Of a stretch of 56,831 nucleotides of DNA, positions 49,794 to 56,831 are shown piece by piece. The notes under the pieces are model-generated. The model was not told the origin of the DNA, made no database searches, and saw only the letters and a list, made by a program, of their open reading frames with translations. The DNA comes from a virus, in IMG/VR virus record IMGVR_UViG_3300012929_000004, one strand, 5' to 3'. Each line of letters begins with the position of its first letter. The first letter of the stretch is position 1. The translations under genes and the position numbers were made by a program.

Positions 49794-50162
49794 TTACAGT
49801 CCCCATGGGGCTTTGTCATATCCATCCAGTCGACTCGTCGCTTTATTCCTAATTGACCTGATAATTATATAGGCCTCAGAGCTCTCATAGTCTGGCATCT
49901 CACAAGTCTGATATTCATAGTATTCACATAGTTTTAGTATCGCTACTGAGATAATGTAGATATCAGGAAGGAACTTAGGCTTAAAGCTATAACAGGGCTT
50001 TTCCATAGGTTCACCATAACGTGTAGTGTATGACTCGCTATTAGCTTGCTTGAGGATTAAGCCCTTTGCTGTACATCTAGCATAGTCCTCTGGGGTGGAT
50101 GGCATTAGTAGGTAGGTTAGTAATGCATCGTAGTTAACGTCTTTGATGTAATGACAACTCAT
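49794..50162 (-). CDS. Hypothetical protein (isolated reverse-strand gene)
   Basis: Strong SD caggagac. Candidate promoter TTGCAT-N17-TATCTT on the minus strand in 50163-50250. Confidence 0.55.
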   Translation of the reverse strand: MSCHYIKDVNYDALLTYLLMPSTPEDYARCTAKGLILKQANSESYTTRYGEPMEKPCYSFKPKFLPDIYIISVAILKLCEYYEYQTCEMPDYESSEAYIIIRSIRNKATSRLDGYDKAPWGL

Positions 50163-50297
50163 TTCCTAGTCTCCTGTTTGGTTGCTGATAATGTAAAGAT
50201 AGACCATTATTGATGCAGATGCAACACTTTTTTAATAAATATTTTGATATGTCATTAGTTGGCTGTCATTATATGTAGCGTCTGTTAGGGGGTGGTA

Positions 50298-50768
50298 ATG
50301 TTAAATAGGATGTCTCATGATATATTTTTAGAGAGAATTATCAAGAAAGAAGAGACGGATGGATGCTGGGAATGGACTGGAGCTATTAGTTCCGGCGGTT
50401 ATGCTTTATATAGTGCTGTCTACATACATCGTTATTCTTATGTTTATTATAAGGGGAAAATCCCGCTGGGAATGGTTGTTACTCATTCATGCTTTAATTT
50501 AAGATGTGTCAATCCAGCACATCTGTTTTTTTGCACTAAGCAGGACTCAGCAATTAGGATGGTTCGCGCTGGTAGGATTCCTGGCATAAAAGACGGTGAA
50601 TCATCCCTGGGATTTGCTGCTAGAAAACTAACGAGCAGAGATGTTTTGGCTATAAGAAAAAGATTATGCAACGGGGAAAGTCGTCGTTCAATAGCGAGGA
50701 GGTATAGAGTAGCTAAGGCAACCATTGATAAAATTAAGCATTCTAAAACTTATAAAGAGATAGTTTAG
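50298..50768 (+). CDS. HNH endonuclease (HNH_3-like with C-terminal HTH), adjacent to terminase
   Basis: GCWEWTG...GGYA...HRYSY...THSCFNLRCVNPAHL. Paralogue of 21275..21772. Confidence 0.8.
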   Translation: MLNRMSHDIFLERIIKKEETDGCWEWTGAISSGGYALYSAVYIHRYSYVYYKGKIPLGMVVTHSCFNLRCVNPAHLFFCTKQDSAIRMVRAGRIPGIKDGESSLGFAARKLTSRDVLAIRKRLCNGESRRSIARRYRVAKATIDKIKHSKTYKEIV

Positions 50769-50828
50769 CTTAATGGCTTTCTGATATAGTACGTATCTAC
50801 ACTGGGATAGCTAAGGAGAGCAAGTTAG

Positions 50829-51305
50829 ATGGCAAGAATGCGTCCAGCTACAAAAACCTCGATAGTTAAAGGAGAGATAAGAAACTCTGCTGGTATCAAT
50901 CAATTCACTAATCGTCCTAAAGAACTCGGGACATTAGCTAAAGCTAGATGCTTAGAAGTTGCTAGCCAAGTAGTTGAGAGGCTTATTGAAATAGCCTTTA
51001 GTGATGAGCCAAGATTCGCGCTAGTAGCTATTAAAGAAATACTAGACAGAGCATTAGGAAGGCCTCATCAATCTATTGCCGTAGAAGGTAGTAATACTCA
51101 AACCTTATCATCACAGCAGACATTAGAAGTTCTGGACAGAGCTATTAAGCAGCAAGAAGAGAACGAGGCTTTAGTTAAAGAGATATTAGAGCTGAAAGAG
51201 CAGTTGAAGTGGGTGAATGAGAAGCCAGCTGAAACTGATAGTAGTTTGCCATTAGTTGCTGAGGAAGTAGAAGATAGTCCTGTAGACCATTCGAATGATA
51301 TCTGA
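50829..51305 (+). CDS. terS: Terminase small subunit (candidate)
   Basis: 158 aa, directly upstream of and overlapping terL. Basic N-terminus, LDRALGRP block and acidic tail. Confidence 0.55.
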   Translation: MARMRPATKTSIVKGEIRNSAGINQFTNRPKELGTLAKARCLEVASQVVERLIEIAFSDEPRFALVAIKEILDRALGRPHQSIAVEGSNTQTLSSQQTLEVLDRAIKQQEENEALVKEILELKEQLKWVNEKPAETDSSLPLVAEEVEDSPVDHSNDI

Positions 51306-52869
51306 TGCCCTTGCCTCCCTTAAAGCTGAGCGTGACTATCATCAGTCTATTATCAATTGCGAACTCTCCTTATATACCTTCCTTAAAGAAGCATGGCCAC
51401 AGATAGAAGGCGCTACGCCATTTATACCTGGTTGGCATATACAGGCAGTCTGCGAGCATTTAGAAGCGGCTATGCGAGGTGAGATAAAGAAGTTACTTAT
51501 CAATGTGCCTCCGAGAACCTCTAAGACTAATATTATCTCTATCATGCTACCTGCCTGGGTATGGACAGCTGACCCTGGCATTAAGTTCCTATATGCCTCT
51601 TATAAGCAAAGCGTGTCACTAGAGCATTCACGCATATGCCGATTGTTGATAGCATCACCTTGGTATCAAGAACGTTGGGGGCATCTATTCGCTATCTCTA
51701 AGGACCAGGACACTAAGGGGCACTTCACTAATACAGCCTTTGGTCATCGCATAGCCACCTCTGTTGGGGGCTCTGCAACTGCATGGGGAGGCGATGTGAT
51801 TATATGTGATGACGCCAACTCAGCTTCAGATTCTCAGGTAACTAGAGAAAGCACTAATGATTGGTTAGCGCGCACATGGCCTTCTCGTCTTAATCCTGGT
51901 GGCTTAGGTATCAATATTCAGGTACAGCAGCGTATCAATGAGATGGATGCCTCAGGGGCTCTATTAGAGAGAGATGCTAATAATGAATGGGTAAAGCTTA
52001 TATTACCTATGGAGTTTGAAGAGTCTCGTCGTTGTAAGACCATTGTATTGCCCTCCACTAACGGCAGAGTATGGGAAGACTTACGGCTTAAAGAAGGTGA
52101 GCTTTTGTGCCCTAAGTATCTATCCGCGAGCGCTATCCAGGACCTTAAGACATCTTTAGGCTCCTATAACTATGCTGGACAGTACCAACAACGCCCTGCC
52201 CCTGAGTCTGGCGGTATCCTTAAGCGTGAGTGGTTTAAAGTATGGGATAAGCCCAACCTGCCAAAGCTTAGCTATGTATTACAATCCTGGGATACTGCCC
52301 TTACCGCTACTGAGACTAGCGCTTACTCAGCTTGTACTACCTGGGGTATCTTTAAGCTGAACCATATTCCTCAGGTAATGCTATTAACAGCATATCGGGC
52401 CAAACTCAGTTATCCTGAGCTAGTTAAGCGTGCTGCACGTCTTAGGGATAATTACCTAGACATAGATGATGAGCCTTTAGAGCCTGACTATCGTAGACAG
52501 CCAGACCGTATTCTTATTGAAGCCAAAGCTTCTGGCGTACCATTAGCGAGCGACTTAGTGTCTAAAGGTATTCCTGCTACTACATTCATGCCTGATGCCT
52601 ATGGTGACAAGCTACAGCGTGTCCATATGATTTCCTCTTATATTGAATGTGGTAGGGCTTGGGTGGCATCATTAGAGCCAGGCGATACGGTATTGTTAGC
52701 AGACCATGAGATGTTAGTCTATGAATGCACACTGTTTCCCAAAGGTGAGTCACGTGATATAGTAGATACACTATCGCAGGCATTCTTGCACTTAGTGAAA
52801 GACCTGAAGTTATTAACGCATGTGATGAATCCACGGTTTGAGGGGGATAAGAAAGATGATAGGAAGTGA
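51295..52869 (+). CDS. terL: Terminase large subunit
   Basis: 524 aa. Walker A-like VPPRTSKT, Walker B-like VIICDDAN and a C-terminal nuclease-like half (ILIEAKASG). Confidence 0.85.
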   Translation: MISDALASLKAERDYHQSIINCELSLYTFLKEAWPQIEGATPFIPGWHIQAVCEHLEAAMRGEIKKLLINVPPRTSKTNIISIMLPAWVWTADPGIKFLYASYKQSVSLEHSRICRLLIASPWYQERWGHLFAISKDQDTKGHFTNTAFGHRIATSVGGSATAWGGDVIICDDANSASDSQVTRESTNDWLARTWPSRLNPGGLGINIQVQQRINEMDASGALLERDANNEWVKLILPMEFEESRRCKTIVLPSTNGRVWEDLRLKEGELLCPKYLSASAIQDLKTSLGSYNYAGQYQQRPAPESGGILKREWFKVWDKPNLPKLSYVLQSWDTALTATETSAYSACTTWGIFKLNHIPQVMLLTAYRAKLSYPELVKRAARLRDNYLDIDDEPLEPDYRRQPDRILIEAKASGVPLASDLVSKGIPATTFMPDAYGDKLQRVHMISSYIECGRAWVASLEPGDTVLLADHEMLVYECTLFPKGESRDIVDTLSQAFLHLVKDLKLLTHVMNPRFEGDKKDDRK

Positions 52870-53119
52870 AAAGATACTTCACCTAGCGAAGTCTGAATTT
52901 AATATTTCAGTAGCCGTTACTCCGCCAGAACGTTCTGATTCGCCTATGACAATCGGAACCAATGGTAGCTCGTCCATTGCCTTTAACTCTGGTGCTGAAT
53001 ACTTATGCGTTCGCAATATAACTTATGAGGAGCTGCATCAGCTATCTAGCATGTTGATTGAAGCCGCTCGCATTATGAATACTAATGAACAAGAAGCAGA
53101 GGGGAAGAAAGATGATTAA
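52856..53119 (+). CDS. Hypothetical protein
   Basis: ATG at 52856. The track start is TTG. Confidence 0.45.
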   Translation: MIGSEKILHLAKSEFNISVAVTPPERSDSPMTIGTNGSSSIAFNSGAEYLCVRNITYEELHQLSSMLIEAARIMNTNEQEAEGKKDD

Positions 53120-53339
53120 GAAAGACCAAACCTTAACGCTAAGCACTGGCGATACTGTAATTATACATATCGACTCTGGCTCATTAGTAACTCGGGTAAC
53201 ATTATGGAGTAAAAAGCGCGGGGAGCAAGTTTGTGTTGATATTTCAGCTAAAGACCTGCGCGACATGGCTTCTATGCTTTACAGCGCAAGGGATGATATT
53301 GAGCATAATGACCCGGATGTGAAGGAAGAAAGGTTTTAA
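53112..53339 (+). CDS. Hypothetical protein
   Basis: ATG at 53112 with SD gagggg, overlapping the upstream stop. Confidence 0.45.
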   Translation: MIKKDQTLTLSTGDTVIIHIDSGSLVTRVTLWSKKRGEQVCVDISAKDLRDMASMLYSARDDIEHNDPDVKEERF

Positions 53340-53563
53340 TGATTAATTGGGAAGCATTTATTTTTAATGAAGTTATATTTGCTGATGGTATTAGCGACAT
53401 AAGAATAGCAGCCGATAAATTTTCTAAAGAGTGCCATCTGTTAGCTCATGATATGAATTTATGCGAAGGGCTTGTTTCAATCTCAATAACTCTTGATGAG
53501 CTAAAGCGGATTGGGCTAATGATTGCTGATACTATAGCTAAATTGGAACAGTCTAATGACTAA
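53339..53563 (+). CDS. Hypothetical protein
   Basis: TAATG coupling. Confidence 0.45.
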   Translation: MINWEAFIFNEVIFADGISDIRIAADKFSKECHLLAHDMNLCEGLVSISITLDELKRIGLMIADTIAKLEQSND

Positions 53564-53711
53564 GGAGCAATTCCAGCTTATCCAAGAAGTTCGCTCTATG
53601 ATTGTTTCGTGCTCTACCTGGCGTGCTACTGAAAGTAGGGCTATGAAGAAGATGATAGAGAGGCTTGATAAGGTTATTGAATTAGAGCGGGAGAATAAAG
53701 CAAATGATTGA
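53556..53711 (+). CDS. Micro-ORF (51 aa, MTKEQFQLIQEVRSMIVSCSTW...)
   Basis: Hand translation. It overlaps both neighbours and fills the only gap in this coupled gene string. Confidence 0.4.
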   Translation: MTKEQFQLIQEVRSMIVSCSTWRATESRAMKKMIERLDKVIELERENKAND

Positions 53712-53910
53712 GATGAGAAAGCTAGTTCTTATTGAAATCCACAAAGAGCTTAAAGAAGTTTTTAGTAAATTTGCTTTAAATAAAGAGCCAGACATTGGTC
53801 AATTTTTTGAGTGTATCCGTGCTTTAGGGCAGCTCATAGAGATTTCAGATGATAAGCTTTTAGAAAGATTTAAAATGCAGCATGACAATAATGCGGAGGG
53901 AAACGCATGA
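53704..53910 (+). CDS. Hypothetical protein
   Basis: 68 aa, coupled. Confidence 0.45.
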   Translation: MIEMRKLVLIEIHKELKEVFSKFALNKEPDIGQFFECIRALGQLIEISDDKLLERFKMQHDNNAEGNA

Positions 53911-54098
53911 GCAACCATACTGAGGAAGAAGAGAATAGCTTCTTAATTGAGCTAAGGGCCGCTATGGCTTTAGATAAGATAGATTGGTCTTTTGATAGCC
54001 TTCTGAAAGATAAGAAGCCTTTCGTTGCACCAACAAAAGACTTTCCTGACAGATGGGTAAAGTTTTTAAACGGTGAATCTCTTGAAGTTGGAGCATGA
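53907..54098 (+). CDS. Hypothetical protein
   Basis: ATGA coupling with SD ggaggg. Confidence 0.45.
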   Translation: MSNHTEEEENSFLIELRAAMALDKIDWSFDSLLKDKKPFVAPTKDFPDRWVKFLNGESLEVGA

Positions 54099-54331
54099 AT
54101 GTTGTGACGATTAAAATTGGCAGACTTTTAGAAACTAAGCGAGAATCAATTCTTGAAAATAATGATTCGATATTTATGAAAGCTAATGTTCCGGCTAGAA
54201 AAGTTACTATCTCGTTAAGAAGGGCAAGTGGGGAATGTATTGAAGTTCTGTTGTCACGTAACGAGCTCTCACGTCTTAGGATGCAACTTTCTGCCGTTGA
54301 TGACGATTTTGAAGGGGATAATTTTTTTTGA
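54095..54331 (+). CDS. Hypothetical protein
   Basis: ATGA coupling. Confidence 0.45.
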   Translation: MNVVTIKIGRLLETKRESILENNDSIFMKANVPARKVTISLRRASGECIEVLLSRNELSRLRMQLSAVDDDFEGDNFF

Positions 54332-54519
54332 AATGAGTTATAAATGCGCCTAGGTTTGAATGAATGCTGGTTTGTTTCATTTAAACATCTCCTTATAAGC
54401 GAGAAGTATGTCAATAAATGCCAAAGATTACATGATGTTATATTGGCATGGCAGTTATATAATGGCTATAGAAGTACTCCTGTTTACACTAGAGGGTATA
54501 TGGATATGAGGTCCTACTA

Positions 54520-55206
54520 ATGCATCTCCAAAAGTCCAGCTTTAAAATCCTTCCAAAGGCTACCTATTCCCATGTCTACCGCTTTCAGTCATGGTATAGC
54601 CCTATATTCATTAAAAGCACCTCCAACGATGAGACCAATGGCTCTACCTGCATTACCTTTGATGTGCAGAAAGATAGAGAGCAGAAGCATTTCTTAACGC
54701 TCGCTAACATCTTGCCCCCGTCCCCATTAGATTCTCATGAGGTGCTCACGCACGCTGTTAATCTCAATAACGATTTTACTAACAACACTATGGCGAAGCT
54801 GCCCTCACTCTATACTCAGAATTGTATTGTATTGCCTGCTAACGATAATCTTACTAATCACTTTGCATATCAATTGCAATTTGATGCTCTACCCATTCGG
54901 CGTTTGTGGATAGAGACTAATGGTATGAACCTAGAAGGCTTATTGCATCATGCGATGAAGGTGCTGAAGCAGAATAGGTTTTATTTATTGCCTCATAAGG
55001 AGAAACCTCATACCTTACGCTCATTAGATGCAGACTTTCTGAATATAGTATCCGCTTATCCAGACATAGAAGCTTATGCGCTTACGTATGCATGGGCTCA
55101 AGCCTTGGTCTATGCGGACAGGTTCATGCACATCTTTAGAGAGGGTAAGGCGAAAGATAAGAAGCCGTTTGACCATGGATATGGGGTTGAAAAGGCTTGG
55201 TCATGA
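54520..55206 (+). CDS. Hypothetical protein translationally coupled to the J-domain gene
   Basis: 228 aa with SD gaggt, preceded by a 188-nt gap. Confidence 0.55.
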   Translation: MHLQKSSFKILPKATYSHVYRFQSWYSPIFIKSTSNDETNGSTCITFDVQKDREQKHFLTLANILPPSPLDSHEVLTHAVNLNNDFTNNTMAKLPSLYTQNCIVLPANDNLTNHFAYQLQFDALPIRRLWIETNGMNLEGLLHHAMKVLKQNRFYLLPHKEKPHTLRSLDADFLNIVSAYPDIEAYALTYAWAQALVYADRFMHIFREGKAKDKKPFDHGYGVEKAWS

Positions 55207-55898
55207 AAGCTCTTGTTTGCATCTGGTTTATTCTAGCAATTGGTTACGGTATCCATTTCTATCGTAAAGCAAAGGTTGAGCAAGTTGAATTAGATGAGGC
55301 TATACATGAGCTTGCTAAGATGCGTGAAGCTGACCGATTGATGCGTGAGCAGAACCAAAGGGATAACCAGCAAAGGATGAATGAGGCGCGTATGAGACAG
55401 CGACAATATGCGGATGAAAGGCTTAGGCAGCTTCAGGAAGAAGAGCGTAGACTTAAGCAACAGTTTGCTGAACGACTTCGTAATAACAAAGCTAGAGTGG
55501 ATGCCAGATGGGAACAGTATCAGCAGTCTAAAGAACAGCAACAGCAATACAACCATTACGCTAGCCAGCAAGGTGCTTCTAACTTTAATGGTCAATGGCA
55601 ACAAAACAGCGATGCTTTCTGGCAGCAATATCACGGCCAACGACAGAGTCAACAGCAGCGAACTCAGACGCCATCTTCTTATATTGACTCAAAGCTTATT
55701 GAGGCCTATAAAACATTAGGCGTAGAGCATACGGTCTCTGAAGATGTGCTCAAGAAAGCTTATCGCAAGCTCATGAGTAAGTATCACCCTGACAAAAACG
55801 TCAACCGCGGGTTGTCAGAATCAGAGATGAAGAAGATAAGTGAGAGAGCTCAGGCTATTAATGCAGCGTATGAGCTGATAATGAAAAGCAGGGGGTAA
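55203..55898 (+). CDS. DjlA-like membrane-anchored J-domain co-chaperone
   Basis: N-terminal TM segment ALVCIWFILAIGYGIHFY, an R/Q/E coiled coil and a Q-rich linker. The C-terminal J domain reads YKTLGVEHTVSEDVLKKAYRKLMSKYHPDKN...INAAYELI, with the HPD motif. Confidence 0.8.
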   Translation: MKALVCIWFILAIGYGIHFYRKAKVEQVELDEAIHELAKMREADRLMREQNQRDNQQRMNEARMRQRQYADERLRQLQEEERRLKQQFAERLRNNKARVDARWEQYQQSKEQQQQYNHYASQQGASNFNGQWQQNSDAFWQQYHGQRQSQQQRTQTPSSYIDSKLIEAYKTLGVEHTVSEDVLKKAYRKLMSKYHPDKNVNRGLSESEMKKISERAQAINAAYELIMKSRG

Positions 55899-55899
55899 T

Positions 55900-56220
55900 A
55901 TGATTCCTAAAATGACAGCTGAACAACGTAAGGCTCTTGGTCCTGTAGATGATGTTATAAGGGGCGGCGGTGACCATCCTTTTGAAGTATATAAAAATGG
56001 AGAGTGGATAAAAATGAATGAGCATAAAATTAATGGCTATAAAGAATTAACAGATTATGAGATTGGATTAATTAATCATTTCAAAAATTTGGAAAAAAAT
56101 CTTTTAACGGAAATACGTTATCAACTATCTAAGGCCGACCCGCGATGGGTAGACATTGGTAAAACACATATTGAACAAGGCTTTATGGCGTTTGTTAGAG
56201 CGATAGCGAAGCCGGAGTAA
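55900..56220 (+). CDS. Conserved hypothetical phage protein (DPRWVDIGKTHIEQGFMAFVRAI motif)
   Basis: SD aggggg, 106 aa. Confidence 0.55.
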   Translation: MIPKMTAEQRKALGPVDDVIRGGGDHPFEVYKNGEWIKMNEHKINGYKELTDYEIGLINHFKNLEKNLLTEIRYQLSKADPRWVDIGKTHIEQGFMAFVRAIAKPE

Positions 56221-56223
56221 TTA

Positions 56224-56451
56224 ATGATTGTAGAAAAATATGGCTGCCTTACTAAAACTAATATTGAAATAAATAGATGCAGGTATTGGTACTATAAAGT
56301 CAATTTCATGGAGATTGACGGAAAGCTTAATCTGAGGGTTATCTATTATACCCATAAACCATCCTGCTCTGACGCAAATCATAATTTACAGTTATATTTT
56401 GATATAAGCGATGCAACAAAGGTGCCAAGTGATGACAAGGGATTGACATAA
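56224..56451 (+). CDS. Hypothetical protein
   Basis: SD ggag, 75 aa. Confidence 0.45.
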   Translation: MIVEKYGCLTKTNIEINRCRYWYYKVNFMEIDGKLNLRVIYYTHKPSCSDANHNLQLYFDISDATKVPSDDKGLT

Positions 56452-56463
56452 GTGATAAACCCA

Positions 56464-56492
56464 TTGACAGTGCATATACCATGCCATATACT
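56464..56492 (+). promoter_or_regulatory. Sigma70-like promoter TTGACA-N17-TATACT
   Basis: Consensus -35 with optimal spacing, in the non-coding stretch before the genome junction. Confidence 0.5.
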
Positions 56493-56708
56493 ACAAATGA
56501 GAGCGCACCTGCGGGTGACCAGGGTATACAGGGAGAAAGTCCACCTGACCGTAACCTCTGTATAGCTAGCTAATGAGAGATTTACATTACTTCGGAAGAA
56601 GTGGGTAAAATAATGACTTTTGTTAGTTAATGATTGTGGGAAATGAGAGCTTTTTGAGTTCTCGCAAGAGGCATGATAAGCAATAGCTTTTGTTTCTCAC
56701 CGCTCTCT

Positions 56709-56831
56709 CTTTTTTAGGGAGCCTATTTTCGACTATAGCGAGAATAATCAGGCGTGCCGGCTCGGTTGGTTGTGCGGCAAATTCCGCAGGGCTCTCACCT
56801 TATTTATGGAATAATCATGATTCGATATCCA
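56709..56831. repeat. Terminal direct repeat, right copy (identical to 1..123)
   Basis: Same 123-nt string as the window start. Confidence 0.9.

Noticed and set aside
53962-54414. 150-aa minus-strand ORF.
   Set aside because: It is antisense to coupled plus-strand genes with ATGA overlaps and SDs. Its product is S/L/R-rich, typical of antisense frames in AT-rich coding DNA.

Overview
The window is one complete tailed-dsDNA phage genome. Bases 1-123 recur exactly at 56709-56831, so the unique length is about 56,708 bp. All functional calls come from motifs read by eye in the supplied translations. No similarity search was run, so family names are hypotheses.

Layout:
- 46-1567 (+): small accessory genes, including a metallophosphoesterase.
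- 3700-1551 (-): a leftward accessory operon with its own promoter.
- About 3816-4639: a non-coding island of roughly 0.8 kb holding a non-canonical tRNA-like gene.
- 4640-31270 (+): a long podovirus-like late operon. It encodes the portal, an extremely His/Gly-rich repeat protein, a GroES-like protein, scaffold, a decoration-like protein, an HK97-type capsid protein and adaptor/nozzle candidates. It also encodes five modular tail-fibre paralogues, one of them a 1014-aa fibre with 16 YVTN-like beta-propeller blades, plus a free-standing HNH gene and a block of low-complexity internal-virion candidates.
- 31280-34676 (+): a separately promoted accessory island. It has a protein with a deaminase-like HAE...PC...C signature and five lineage-specific coiled-coil paralogues. 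This is my best candidate for an undescribed system.
- 39066-34642 (-): a leftward early operon with an acidic first gene, ERF recombinase, SSB-like protein and RNA ligase.
- 39163-40995 (+): a rightward operon opened by a ribbon-helix-helix (RHH) regulator.
- 42124-40964 (-): RusA and lysis-like genes.
- 42405-44004 (+): a lambda O/P-like replication module with iterons, an AT-rich tract and a GC palindrome inside the initiator gene.
- 44599 onward: tRNA-Glu, a MarR regulator, K/Y-repeat proteins and a divergent overlapping-promoter switch.
- 50298-52869: HNH-TerS-TerL, followed by coupled small genes including a DjlA-like membrane J-domain protein.

I found no integrase, partition genes, DNA or RNA polymerase, rRNA, CRISPR array or reverse transcriptase. 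Many ORF-track starts are TTG or GTG, and I moved them to downstream ATGs that have Shine-Dalgarno (SD) sequences or ATGA/TAATG coupling.
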